NCBI GenBank assembly: GCA_016794005.1
Contig: JAEUKY010000383.1
Span: 370-64,369 of the forward strand
From: Rhodospirillales bacterium
Lineage (GTDB): Bacteria > Pseudomonadota > Alphaproteobacteria > CACIAM-22H2
Reading direction: 5' to 3'
DNA: 64,000 nucleotides
Made by a program: the position numbers and the translations under genes. This document shows positions 48,051-57,575 of the stretch, piece by piece. The first letter of the stretch is position 1. The number at the start of each line of letters is the position of its first letter. The notes beneath the pieces were generated by a model, which ran no database searches, was not told the DNA's origin, and was given only the letters and a program-made list of their open reading frames with translations.

Positions 48051-50188
48051 GTGGCCTTGCGATCCGCACCGATTCGAGTGGCCGGTCGGGTTCTGCGGCG
48101 CTCGCCGGCCCAAATCCGGTCGTCGCTGGCATGGACGGCACGTGGACGGCGACGTTCCGCGCCGGGTCCACCGAGCTGCCTGCGGGAAGCGCCATCGCAT
48201 TCGTCCGCCGCTGGCCCAGCGACTGGGACATCTCGCAGTGTCATTCGCCCGGCCAGCCCGGCTACACCGTGCTTTCCTTCAGCTACCCGTGCCGCCATCG
48301 CTGGCGTACCCGCCGGTCGATCGAGTGGCATCCGTTCGACCACGTGTTCGAGATCGACCTGCTCGATGCGCTGCCACCCGGCGCGGAAGTGACGATGCGC
48401 TTCAACTCGCGCGCGCAGACCTTCATCGAGGAGGCCTCGCCGATGGCCGTGCGTGTGCGCGCTGGCGACGGCGAATGGACGGAAGTGGAGCAACTCGTCG
48501 TCGAAGTCGTGGGGGCCGCCGCGCATCGCGGCGTACTGATCGCGCCAAGCGACGCCGTTTGCGGCGAGGGCTTCGAGCTTGCCTACCGTGTCGAGGACGA
48601 GTGGGGGAATCCTGCTTCGCCGCCGGCCCGGCCGGCGATCGAGGGGGCGTCGGTCGAACCGTTGCCCGATCTGCCAGGCGTGTTGCGCTGGACTGCACGG
48701 ATCGACAAGGCCGGGATCGTGCGACTTGTCGCAGGCGGTGGGCTGCCCGCGATTTCAAATCCGATAAGCGTTCATCCGACCCCGCCCGCCCGCCGCATCC
48801 GTTGGGGCGATATCCACGCGCAGTGCCTGATCGGTTGCGGTGCGCGGACTATCGACGCGTTCTTCCGCCATGCGCGCGATTTCGCGCGGCTCGATTTTTC
48901 CAGCCATCAGGCGAACTGCTTCCTTGTCTCTGGCCCCGAATGGAAAGAGACCGAGGAGGTGACGGCGCGCCACGATGCGCCGGGTAAGTTCGTGGCCCTG
49001 CTCGGTCTCGAATGGTCGGCCGACACGGCCAATGGCGGCGACCGGAACCTCTATTTTCCCGGAGATACGGCCCAAATCACCCGCTGCAGCCACGAGTACG
49101 TGGACGACAAGTCGGACGTGTCGTCGGACTTGCCGCAGGCCGAGGACCTTCACGCCAAATACCGGGGAACGAACACGCTGATTGGGCTGCATGTCGGTGG
49201 ACGTACGACCGATCTGCGTCGGCACGAGCCGACGCTCGAACGCCTGATCGAAGTTCATTCGACACACGCGACGTCGGAGTGGTTCATTTTCGAGGCGCTT
49301 GACCGGGGATACCGGATGGGCGTGACGGCTGGCAGCGACGGCGTGGATGGTCGGCCGGGTGCAAGCCATCCAGGCCATCAGGCTGTCCGCAATGTGCGCG
49401 GCGGACTCGTCGCGGCACCTCTGACGGCGTTGTCCCGCGAAGGGCTATGGGAAGCGTTGATGGCGCGCAACTGCTACGCCACCAACGGCGAACGCATCCG
49501 CCTCGAGTTCACGGCCGACGGCAAGCCGATGGGCAGCGAGTACGATGCGCCGATTCCACCGGCGCTGTCGATCGCGATCGAGGGGACAGGCCCCTTGGAA
49601 TCCGTCGAGATTTTCCGTGGCTCGAAGCCGATCCATTCGATTCTTCTGCGCGAAGTTGGTTCGCTGCTGTCCGACCGCGTGCGCATCGCCTGGAAGGGGG
49701 CGACGGCGCCGGGGAATTTCTCACGGGCGCGCATGCGATGGGACGGCAGCGCGACGCTGTCGGCCGGATCCTTCGTGGATGCCGAAGGCTATGCCTTCGA
49801 TACGCCCGATGAAGGCCTGACACTCGTCGATAAGCGTCGCCTCGAATGGCGTTCGGCGACCGGCGGCGACTGGGATGGCGTGATCGCGCGCGTCTCGGCA
49901 CCGCTCGACGCGGTGCTGACGGTGCAGACGGCCCAGATATCGGCGACGGTGCCGGTCGGCTCGCTTGCCGACGGACCGACGCGTCTTGCCGACGACGTAC
50001 CGCTGCGCGAGCTCGAGATAAGCCGTCTGCCTGTCGACCTTGGCCCACAGTCTTGGATCGGACAGTTCCGCGACCCGGCCGGTCGCCCCGGATGGAACGC
50101 CTATTGGGTGCGAGTGCGCCAGTGGAACGGTGCGTTTGCCTGGTCGAGCCCGATCTTCGTGCGCCTGCCGGAAAAGGTGCCGCGATGA
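48047..50188 (+). CDS. DUF3604-like protein (function unknown)
   Basis: ORF as given, ATGA overlaps on both sides. WGDIHAQ, LGLEWS..GGDRN, HVGG, EVHS, GSDG..GRPGASHPG and YATNGERI resemble the DUF3604 pattern as I remember it. Confidence 0.55.
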   Translation: MSGLAIRTDSSGRSGSAALAGPNPVVAGMDGTWTATFRAGSTELPAGSAIAFVRRWPSDWDISQCHSPGQPGYTVLSFSYPCRHRWRTRRSIEWHPFDHVFEIDLLDALPPGAEVTMRFNSRAQTFIEEASPMAVRVRAGDGEWTEVEQLVVEVVGAAAHRGVLIAPSDAVCGEGFELAYRVEDEWGNPASPPARPAIEGASVEPLPDLPGVLRWTARIDKAGIVRLVAGGGLPAISNPISVHPTPPARRIRWGDIHAQCLIGCGARTIDAFFRHARDFARLDFSSHQANCFLVSGPEWKETEEVTARHDAPGKFVALLGLEWSADTANGGDRNLYFPGDTAQITRCSHEYVDDKSDVSSDLPQAEDLHAKYRGTNTLIGLHVGGRTTDLRRHEPTLERLIEVHSTHATSEWFIFEALDRGYRMGVTAGSDGVDGRPGASHPGHQAVRNVRGGLVAAPLTALSREGLWEALMARNCYATNGERIRLEFTADGKPMGSEYDAPIPPALSIAIEGTGPLESVEIFRGSKPIHSILLREVGSLLSDRVRIAWKGATAPGNFSRARMRWDGSATLSAGSFVDAEGYAFDTPDEGLTLVDKRRLEWRSATGGDWDGVIARVSAPLDAVLTVQTAQISATVPVGSLADGPTRLADDVPLRELEISRLPVDLGPQSWIGQFRDPAGRPGWNAYWVRVRQWNGAFAWSSPIFVRLPEKVPR

Positions 50189-50931
50189 TCGAGAACAACC
50201 TCGCGCTCGCGACGGCCGATGGCCAGATACCGGTTTTCGTGGTGTGCCCGGACGAGGGCGGACCGCATCCGGTCGTCCTGTTCTACATGGATGCGCTCGG
50301 AATCCGCGAGGAGCTGCGCGACATGGCGCGACGCTTCGCGTCCGCCGGCTATTACGTGATGCTGCCCAACCTTTTCTATCGTTGGGGCGGGCCTAGCTTC
50401 GATCCGAGGCCGTTGGCGCAGGGAATCCTCGATCCGAAGATGGTGGAACTAAACGGCGCGCTGAGCATGGCGATGACGGCACGGGATACCGGTGTGCTGC
50501 TCTCGCACGCTGCTTCAGACCCGGCCGCCCGGCTCCCGGCTGCCGCGGTCGGCTACTGCATGGGCGGGCGCCACGCGATCGGTGCGGCAGCCGCATATCC
50601 GGGGAAGGTACGCGCCTTCGCGTCGCTGCATGGCGGGCGACTGGTGAACGACACGCCGGACTCCCCGCATCTTTCCCTCGCGAAGACAGTGGCGGCGGAA
50701 GCCTATTTCGGCTGGGCTGACAACGATCCGACGGCACCGCCCGAACACATGCGCGCCGTCGAGGTCGCCCTTGCGGCGCGCGGCGGTCGTCATCGCATCG
50801 AGCTTCACTCGGGTGCAGAGCACGGATTCACGTTCCCCGAACGCTACTGCTACCACAAGACCGCGGCCGAACGAGTCTGGGCGCGGCTCTTCGCGCTGTT
50901 CGGCCGCAACCTGCACAAGAACGACGCTTAG
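50185..50931 (+). CDS. dienelactone hydrolase family protein
   Basis: Trimmed from ORF 49846..50931 to MIENNLALAT. DLH-like core (GYCMGG nucleophile region, HGF near the C-terminus). Confidence 0.8.
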   Translation: MIENNLALATADGQIPVFVVCPDEGGPHPVVLFYMDALGIREELRDMARRFASAGYYVMLPNLFYRWGGPSFDPRPLAQGILDPKMVELNGALSMAMTARDTGVLLSHAASDPAARLPAAAVGYCMGGRHAIGAAAAYPGKVRAFASLHGGRLVNDTPDSPHLSLAKTVAAEAYFGWADNDPTAPPEHMRAVEVALAARGGRHRIELHSGAEHGFTFPERYCYHKTAAERVWARLFALFGRNLHKNDA

Positions 50932-50947
50932 GGAAGGACGCACGAGG

Positions 50948-51922
50948 ATGACGACACGTTTCGCGATGATTGGCTGCGGTGGTTTCTCACGCCGTTACCA
51001 CGTGCCCACGCTGCTGGCCGATGCGGGCGTCAAGCTCGTCGGTATCTTCGATCCGGTCCCGGCGCAAGCGGTGACCGACCTTGCCGGCAAGACCGGCGCC
51101 AAACTTGTCCGGAGGATTGATGAGCTTCCGGACGCAGATGCGGTCTTGGTCACAACGCCTCACGCGCTGCATGCCGGACACGGCGAATACGCTCTCTCGC
51201 GCGGCTGGGCGACGCTCGTCGACAAGCCATTCGTGATGAAAACGGACGACGCGCGCCGACTGATCGTGACGGCTGCCTCGAAGAAATTGCTGAATGCCGT
51301 TGCCTTCAATCGACGGCTCGATGCCGGCTGCCGACGCGCACGCGAGATCATCCGTGCAGGCGGTATCGGAGCCGTGCAGTTCGTCCAGACAATCCAGCTC
51401 GGCTACGAGAAGGCCGGCTGGTTCCTCGACCCGGCGCTCGGTGGCGGCGGGGCCTATACCGGGCGCGGCACGCACATGGCCGATATCGTGCCGTGGCTGA
51501 TCGGCGCCAAGCCCACGCAGGTGCGCAGCCGCCTTCGCGCCGGTCCCGCCGGTCGTGCCGATCTCGGCGGCTTCATCGAGATCTCGTTCTCCGGAATCGA
51601 ATGCCAGATCTCCTGCATCGAGGAGGGCTGGCACATGTGGGACGAGGTCCGGATCTTTGGCGAGGACGGCATGATCGAGTTGCGCCGGCCGCTGAACATG
51701 CCGACCGGGTGGCACATGGTCTGGCAGAGCAAGCGCGGCTCGGCGCGCGAGGAATTGGCCGCCGCTCCGAACGAAGGCATGATCACGGCAGAGTTCCTCG
51801 CCGCAATACGAACCGGTTCGCCGGTTTCTTGCAGCTTTGCTGACGCGCTGACATCCGTGCAGATCGTCGAAGCGGCGTTCGAATCGGCCGCTTCCGGCTC
51901 CAAGACAATCTCGATCTCGTGA
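50948..51922 (+). CDS. Gfo/Idh/MocA-family oxidoreductase
   Basis: Trimmed from ORF 50771..51922 to [18 protein letters not shown] (Rossmann N-terminus). Confidence 0.8.
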   Translation: MTTRFAMIGCGGFSRRYHVPTLLADAGVKLVGIFDPVPAQAVTDLAGKTGAKLVRRIDELPDADAVLVTTPHALHAGHGEYALSRGWATLVDKPFVMKTDDARRLIVTAASKKLLNAVAFNRRLDAGCRRAREIIRAGGIGAVQFVQTIQLGYEKAGWFLDPALGGGGAYTGRGTHMADIVPWLIGAKPTQVRSRLRAGPAGRADLGGFIEISFSGIECQISCIEEGWHMWDEVRIFGEDGMIELRRPLNMPTGWHMVWQSKRGSAREELAAAPNEGMITAEFLAAIRTGSPVSCSFADALTSVQIVEAAFESAASGSKTISIS

Positions 51923-51932
51923 CGGGCGGGCG

Positions 51933-52682
51933 ATGGCGGCTGCAATCGAAATCGGCGGACTGGCGAAAAATTTCGTGAACGATGCGGGGCCGCCCGTGCT
52001 CGGTGCGGTCGATCTGACGATCGCGGAGAACGAGTTCGTTGTGCTGCTCGGCCGATCCGGATGCGGCAAGACGACCCTGCTCAACATCGTCGCCGGCCTC
52101 GAACAACCAAGTGCGGGCATCGTGCGCGTCGATGGTGCGCCGGTAACGGGGCCAGGTGCGGGTAAGGGCATGGTCTTCCAGCAGGGAGCCCTGTTTCCTT
52201 GGCTCACCGCGCGGCGGAATATCGAGTTCGCGGCCGTCAATCGTGGTGTGGCATCCGAAGCGGCGGGAAAGCTCGCGGACGAGCTGCTAGCGCTCGTCGG
52301 GCTCGCGGGTTCGGAACACAAATTCCCGTTCGAGCTTTCCGGTGGCATGCAGCAGCGCGTGGCAATCGCACGCGCGCTGGCGCTCGATCCCAAGATCCTG
52401 CTGATGGACGAGCCGTTCGGCGCACTCGACGAGATCACCCGCAACGAGATGCAGGACGAGTTGCTCCGTGTCTGGGCGCAGCGACGCAAGACGGTAGTGT
52501 TCGTTACGCACTCTATCTGGGAAGGCTTGATCCTTGCCGATCGCGTGCTCGTCATGGCACCGCGGCCGGGCCGTTTCGTACTGGAGAGGCGCATCGACTT
52601 GCCGCGTCCGCGCCGGCGCAGCGATCCCACGCTCGTGGCGCTCTACGACGAGATCTGGACCTGCCTGCGGGGCGAACCGTGA
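51933..52682 (+). CDS. ABC transporter ATP-binding protein (NitT/TauT family)
   Basis: ORF as given. [28 protein letters not shown]. Confidence 0.9.
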   Translation: MAAAIEIGGLAKNFVNDAGPPVLGAVDLTIAENEFVVLLGRSGCGKTTLLNIVAGLEQPSAGIVRVDGAPVTGPGAGKGMVFQQGALFPWLTARRNIEFAAVNRGVASEAAGKLADELLALVGLAGSEHKFPFELSGGMQQRVAIARALALDPKILLMDEPFGALDEITRNEMQDELLRVWAQRRKTVVFVTHSIWEGLILADRVLVMAPRPGRFVLERRIDLPRPRRRSDPTLVALYDEIWTCLRGEP

Positions 52683-53470
52683 GGAGCCGCCTCGCCGAAT
52701 GGCTGGTGCCGATCGGCGCGCTGGCGCTGTTCCTGGCGCTGTGGGAGTTCGCTGCGGCGGCCGGCTGGCTGCGCCCGATCCAGTTTCCGCCGCCGAGCAA
52801 GCTTGCGCGTACGGCCGTCACGCTTGCTTTCGACGGCTTCCCCGAAGGCATCACGCTGTGGGTGCATGCCGGTATCACGATCCAGCGCATCCTCGCCGGA
52901 CATATCCTCGCCGTGGCGCTTGCCGTCCCGCTTGGCCTACTGACCGGCAGCCGGCCGCTGCTCGACCAAATGACCGCACCTATCGTCGCCTTTTGCCGTT
53001 CGGTCGCCACGCTGAGCCTTCTGCCGCTGGCCATCGTCTGGTTCGGTACGGGTGAGGGAGCGAAGATCTTCCTTATCGGTTATGGCTGCTTCTGGGTCAT
53101 GTTTTCGTCGAGCATCGCAGCAGTCAAGCTCGTCGATCCGGTCCTGATCCGCGCCGCGCGCACGATGGACGCCGACGAGAAGACCATCTTCCGGCAGGTG
53201 ATCCTGCCCGCTTCGCTGCCGCGCCTGCTTTCGGGTGCACGCGTTGCGCTGGGCGTGGGCTTCATGGTGATCGTGGGCGCCGAGATGATCGGTACGATCC
53301 GTGGCCTTGGCTCGCTGATCATGGAGGCGCGCACTTTCTATCGGACCGACATCACGATGGTCGGCATGCTGTGCATCGGCGCATTCGGCCTTTGCGTCAT
53401 GTTCGCGCTCGCTCGGATCGAGGCATGGCTGGTCCCTTGGCAGGCGAAGCAGGAGGCGCAGCAGCAATGA
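52679..53470 (+). CDS. ABC transporter permease (NitT/TauT family)
   Basis: Within ORF 52199..53470. GTG overlaps the ATPase stop (GTGA). Polytopic, with an EAA-like loop ([21 protein letters not shown]). Confidence 0.8.
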   Translation: MRSRLAEWLVPIGALALFLALWEFAAAAGWLRPIQFPPPSKLARTAVTLAFDGFPEGITLWVHAGITIQRILAGHILAVALAVPLGLLTGSRPLLDQMTAPIVAFCRSVATLSLLPLAIVWFGTGEGAKIFLIGYGCFWVMFSSSIAAVKLVDPVLIRAARTMDADEKTIFRQVILPASLPRLLSGARVALGVGFMVIVGAEMIGTIRGLGSLIMEARTFYRTDITMVGMLCIGAFGLCVMFALARIEAWLVPWQAKQEAQQQ

Positions 53471-54222
53471 AGTTCGCCGAGCGCTTTGCCGGCCTGATCG
53501 GCGTCGTCCTTTTCCTCGGGCTATGGGAGATCGCCGCACGCTTTGGCTGGCGCAATCCCGCGATCATGCCTGCCCCCAGCCAAGCCGTGTGGATGGCGCT
53601 CGCGACCATCCCGCCTTTGACGCTGATCGAACATGTCGCGATCAGCTTGTGGCGCATCCTGGCGGGGTTCGCGCTGGGCGCGTCGGCCGGAGTGGCGCTC
53701 GGGATCGCCGCCGGCTGGTATCGGCCGGTGGCGCTGATCAGCCGGCCGTTCGTCGAGATCCTTCGGCCGATCCCGCCGCTCGCCTGGATCCCGATCGCCA
53801 TCGTCTGGTTCGGTCTCGGCGAACCTTCCAAGATTTTCGTCATCTTCCTGGGAACGTTCTTTCCGGTCTTCACCAGTGCGACGCGCGGCATGGCCTCAAT
53901 CCATCCGTCGATCCTGCGCGCCGCGCGCACGATGGATGTCGATGGTGTGCGCCTGCTGGCCAAGGTTGCCGTCCCTGCCGCAATGCCCGACATCGCTACG
54001 GGGCTGCGTATCGGCTTCGGCCTAGGTTTCGGCGTTCTTGTCGCTGCCGAACTCATCGCGGCCGGACGCGGCATGGGTCATCTCGTCATGGAGGCGCGCC
54101 AGCTCGGGCAGCTGGGTATCTCCGTGTTCGGCATATTCCTGATCGGACTTGTCAATCTCGTCGCAGACCAGCAGCTCGCTGCAGCCATACGCCGGACCGT
54201 CGGGCGCTGGCACCGTTTCTGA
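53467..54222 (+). CDS. ABC transporter permease (NitT/TauT family)
   Basis: Within ORF 53371..54222, ATGA overlap. Paralogue of the preceding permease (LRAARTMDVDGVRLLAKVAVP). Confidence 0.85.
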   Translation: MKFAERFAGLIGVVLFLGLWEIAARFGWRNPAIMPAPSQAVWMALATIPPLTLIEHVAISLWRILAGFALGASAGVALGIAAGWYRPVALISRPFVEILRPIPPLAWIPIAIVWFGLGEPSKIFVIFLGTFFPVFTSATRGMASIHPSILRAARTMDVDGVRLLAKVAVPAAMPDIATGLRIGFGLGFGVLVAAELIAAGRGMGHLVMEARQLGQLGISVFGIFLIGLVNLVADQQLAAAIRRTVGRWHRF

Positions 54223-54246
54223 AAACAGTGAAAGAAGGAGGCTAAA

Positions 54247-55281
54247 ATGCGTCGTCGTACGTTCCTTTCGGCCACCGCAGCCGTCGCGCTGGCGCCTGCC
54301 ATCGTCCGCGCGCAGGCGCGGCCGGAAATCTCCAGGCTGGGGCTTGGTTTCGGCCTCGATCCGGTCTTCGCACCCCATATCGTCGCGATGCAGAAAGGCT
54401 GGTTGCGCGATGCCGGCTTCACCGAGATCACCACGCCGAGCTTCACCAGCGGCGCGCTTGCGGGCGAGGCGCTGATCGCAGGGCAAATCCACCTGTGGAC
54501 GCCGGGCAACCTGCCGCCGATCTCGATGGCAAATTCTGGCGTGCCGGCCGTCGTGCTCGGTACCAACTGCATCGCCGCCAAGGCCGAACAGCTGATCGTG
54601 CGCAACGACGCAAACGTGACCAAGCCCGAGGATCTCTACCGCATCAAGATCGGCTTGCTTGCCGGTTCGACGGCAAGCGCCACGCTGCACAACCTCGCCA
54701 AGCGCTATAGCCTCGACGAATCGAAGCTGCAGGTCGTCAACATGCCGCCTCCCGAGCAGCTTGCGGGCCTGACGAGCAACAACATCCAGGCGCTGCTGTG
54801 CTGGCAGCCCTGGGCGCATAACGCGCTGAAGCTCGGCAGTACCACGATGCTGCACTCGGGTACCAACAGCGGCTTCGCCGCCAACAAGGGTGCTGCGGCG
54901 GCTGTCTCGGCGACGCGTTCGATCTTCGTGTCGAGCGAGGAATTCGTGCGCAAGAACCCGAACGCAACACGCATCCTTATGGCCGTGCTCGTGCGCGGGC
55001 AAAAGTACGTTGCCGATCCGGCGAACCGGACGGAAGTGCTCGATCTCGTTTCGGCGCAAACCAAACAGGATCGTGCTCTCGTCGAAGCGATTTGGGGCGA
55101 CTACGCGTTCAACCCAGCATTCGACGACGGCTATGTTGCCGACATGGAATCGATGAGTGGATATCTCGTCGCGTCCGGCCGCCTCAAGTCGCCCAAGCAC
55201 CCGCTCGACTATACGTTCTCCGATCCGGTCGCTGCGGCAGATCCCGCTCTTGTGAGGCTGCCGGGCCGCTGGAAGGCCTAA
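54247..55281 (+). CDS. ABC substrate-binding protein (NMT1/SsuA/TauA-like)
   Basis: ORF as given. Tat signal MRRRTFLSATAAVALAPAIVRA. GAAGGAGG SD. Confidence 0.75.
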   Translation: MRRRTFLSATAAVALAPAIVRAQARPEISRLGLGFGLDPVFAPHIVAMQKGWLRDAGFTEITTPSFTSGALAGEALIAGQIHLWTPGNLPPISMANSGVPAVVLGTNCIAAKAEQLIVRNDANVTKPEDLYRIKIGLLAGSTASATLHNLAKRYSLDESKLQVVNMPPPEQLAGLTSNNIQALLCWQPWAHNALKLGSTTMLHSGTNSGFAANKGAAAAVSATRSIFVSSEEFVRKNPNATRILMAVLVRGQKYVADPANRTEVLDLVSAQTKQDRALVEAIWGDYAFNPAFDDGYVADMESMSGYLVASGRLKSPKHPLDYTFSDPVAAADPALVRLPGRWKA

Positions 55282-55283
55282 GA

Positions 55284-56309
55284 ATGGACCGCGTCGGGAT
55301 CGCGTTCGTCGGCACGGGCTTCATCGCCGACTATCATCTGGCAGGATTGAACGCGGTCCCGCGCGCGGACGTGCGTATGGTGGTCGGGCGCGACGCTGCA
55401 AAAGCGGCGGCGGTCGCAGCCCGTTTCGGCATACCGGAGTCAAACACGGATTTCGCTGCAACGCTCGAAAGGCGGGATATTCATGCGGTCGTTATCGCCA
55501 CGCCCGATGACATGCATGAGGAGATGGCCGCTCTGGCGGCGGCTGCCGGCAAGGCAATTTTGTTGCAAAAGCCGATGGCGGCTGACAGTGCGGCTTGCCG
55601 GCGCATTATTGCAGCCGCTAAGGTCGCGAAGATCGACCTGCAGATCAGTTTCATGCACCGGTATTTCGAGGAGTTCCGGATGGCGAAGGAACTCGTCGCC
55701 ACTGGTGCGATCGGCGACGTGACGAGCCTGCGCATCCGCAACGCCACGCCGGGGCCTGATTGGGCGGATTGGTTCTTTAAGAAGTCGCGCGTTGCCGGCG
55801 GCGTTGTGTTGCAACTCGGCGTACATGGCATCGATCTGCTGCTGCAGATGGGTGGCGCGGTAGCACAGGTGTCGGCAACGGCGGCGATCCTGAGACCGGA
55901 ACGGACGCTCGCTGACGGGCGCCGGGTGAAAGTCGAGAATCCAGACAGCGCTTGGGCGGTTTACTCGCTGGCGAACGGAACAGCAGCTTCGCACGAAATG
56001 TCAATGATCGAAGCAAAAGGCTGCGACCGGTTCCGATTCGAGATCTACGGGACCAAGGGTACGATCTGGCTGCGCAGCGAACTTGGTCCACTTGCCGTCA
56101 GCCGGAGCGGCCGCCCGGGATGGGAGATGCCTGAAGTTCCAATGTTGCCGTTCGGCAAGCGCCAGCATCAGGCATGGATCGACGGGATCGTCGGTGCGGC
56201 CTCGCCGGAGCGAACCGCGCAAGACGCGCTCGACGGTATCTTGATCGCCGAGGCGATCGGCCGGTCGAGTGTCTCGGGCGGGGCACGCGTCGCCGTGGAG
56301 GCGACATGA
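55284..56309 (+). CDS. Gfo/Idh/MocA-family oxidoreductase
   Basis: Trimmed from ORF 55092..56309 to MDRVGIAFVGTGFIADYH. Confidence 0.85.
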   Translation: MDRVGIAFVGTGFIADYHLAGLNAVPRADVRMVVGRDAAKAAAVAARFGIPESNTDFAATLERRDIHAVVIATPDDMHEEMAALAAAAGKAILLQKPMAADSAACRRIIAAAKVAKIDLQISFMHRYFEEFRMAKELVATGAIGDVTSLRIRNATPGPDWADWFFKKSRVAGGVVLQLGVHGIDLLLQMGGAVAQVSATAAILRPERTLADGRRVKVENPDSAWAVYSLANGTAASHEMSMIEAKGCDRFRFEIYGTKGTIWLRSELGPLAVSRSGRPGWEMPEVPMLPFGKRQHQAWIDGIVGAASPERTAQDALDGILIAEAIGRSSVSGGARVAVEAT

Positions 56310-57325
56310 TCCGGATCGCGATCCTCAGCTTCGCGCACTACCATGCGAATTTCTGGGTCGAGGCGTTCCAGTCACTCCCTGAAATCGAGGTCGTAGCGAT
56401 CTGGGACGACAACGTCGTGCGAGGTCGCGAGGCGGCCGGGCGCTTCAAGGTGCGGTTCGCCCCAGATCTCGACGCGGCGATTGACGCGGCCGACGCTGTT
56501 GCGATTTGCAGCGAGACGATCAATCACGCTCCGCTGATCGAACGAGCGCTCGCCGCCAAGCGGGCTGTGCTGTGCGAGAAGCCGCTCGCCGCCAACCTCG
56601 CCGAGGCCGCTCGCATCGAGAAGGCCGTGCGCGCTGCCGGCATGCCGTTCATGCAGAGCTTCCCCAAGCGGTTCGACCCTGTGTCGCACGAGCTCAAGCG
56701 TCTGGTCGATACAGGCGAACTCGGAAAGATCCGGCTAGTGCGCATCCGGCACGGGCACTTCTATGGGCTCGATCCCGATTTCCGCGAACGGTGGTACGTC
56801 GACCCGGCGTTGTCGGGTGGCGGCGCGCTGCTTGATGAAGGCGTACATGCTGCCGACCTGCTGTGCTGGCTGTTCGGCTTGCCGGCCGGCGTCACGGCGA
56901 ACGCTTCGTCGTCACTGGGCCTGAAGGTCGAGGATCAGGCAATCGCTATCTTCGACTACGTCGGCGGCATGCTGGCGGAGGTGACGTCGAGCTTCACTTT
57001 CGCGGCTGCTGACGCGTCGATCGAGATCTATGGATCAGAAGGGACGGCGATCGTCAGCGGCGTCGACCTTGCGTCGCGCGACATTACACCGTCGGGTCAT
57101 TTGAAGATATTCCATCGCACCCAGAGCGAGCGCGTATGGAATATTTCGCCTATCGTGCCACGCTTCAAGCTCGGCCAGTTCCACCACCAGAATGCCATCG
57201 CGTTTGCCGATTCTTTGCAACGGAAAGTGCAGCCACCGGTCACGTTGGATGATGGCCTGCGCTCGGTGAAGTTGATCTTTAGGGCCTATGAGGCCATCCG
57301 GAGTGGAGTCCGGACCCAAATTTGA
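56306..57325 (+). CDS. Gfo/Idh/MocA-family oxidoreductase
   Basis: Trimmed from ORF 56174..57325 to MIRIAILSFAHYHANF. ATGA overlap. Confidence 0.85.
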   Translation: MIRIAILSFAHYHANFWVEAFQSLPEIEVVAIWDDNVVRGREAAGRFKVRFAPDLDAAIDAADAVAICSETINHAPLIERALAAKRAVLCEKPLAANLAEAARIEKAVRAAGMPFMQSFPKRFDPVSHELKRLVDTGELGKIRLVRIRHGHFYGLDPDFRERWYVDPALSGGGALLDEGVHAADLLCWLFGLPAGVTANASSSLGLKVEDQAIAIFDYVGGMLAEVTSSFTFAAADASIEIYGSEGTAIVSGVDLASRDITPSGHLKIFHRTQSERVWNISPIVPRFKLGQFHHQNAIAFADSLQRKVQPPVTLDDGLRSVKLIFRAYEAIRSGVRTQI

Positions 57326-57333
57326 ACTGCCCG

Positions 57334-57520
57334 ATCGGAAGATACTCTCGGCCCTTAGTTTCCATTGGGTTCCCTTAATTGCCGAAAATTATGGAAACTG
57401 ACATTGAAATCATTGAGTTTCACAAAGTCTGGGGAACTGGGGGGCGCAGGTTCGAATCCTGTCGCTCCGACCAATTCGACTAACCAACAAGGCCCTGGCG
57501 AGCGATCACCAGGGCCTTTT
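57334..57520 (+). repeat. copy C of the tRNA-Pro 3'-half-containing repeat element (best preserved)
   Basis: Leader 57334-57428. tRNA-like part 57429-57473: cugggga acugg ggggc gcagg uucgaau ccugu cgcuccg a cca. Terminator hairpin 57489-57520. Confidence 0.85.
57489..57520 (+). terminator. intrinsic-terminator-like hairpin closing repeat copy C (could also serve the convergent crp/fnr gene)
   Basis: aaggcccugg...ccagggccuu stem followed by uu. It lies 56 nt beyond the stop of the minus-strand regulator gene. Confidence 0.6.
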
Positions 57521-57575
57521 CCTAGTGTCCCGGTAAAGTCCGACCATACGGAGCGACGGAATAGGTAGCGGAACG

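Noticed and set aside
57391-57483. A small ORF inside the repeat leader running into the tRNA-like part. C: ATG GAA ACT GAC ATT GAA ATC ATT GAG... A: ATG GGA GCC GAT ATT GAA TTC ATT GAA...
   Set aside because: There is no Shine-Dalgarno sequence. Copy B has TAA TAA after 8 codons. The rest of the frame is simply the translation of the T arm.
57334-57520. The repeat element as a tmRNA (ssrA) gene or the acceptor piece of a two-piece alphaproteobacterial tmRNA.
   Set aside because: The 3' end CGCUCCG-A-CCA implies C1-G72 without the G3.U70 alanine identity pair. There is no GGGG 5' end. No reading frame ends in a hydrophobic ...AA tag (candidates read AENYGN*, SGNYGNCH*). A terminator follows the CCA directly, unlike the permuted gene as I remember its layout.
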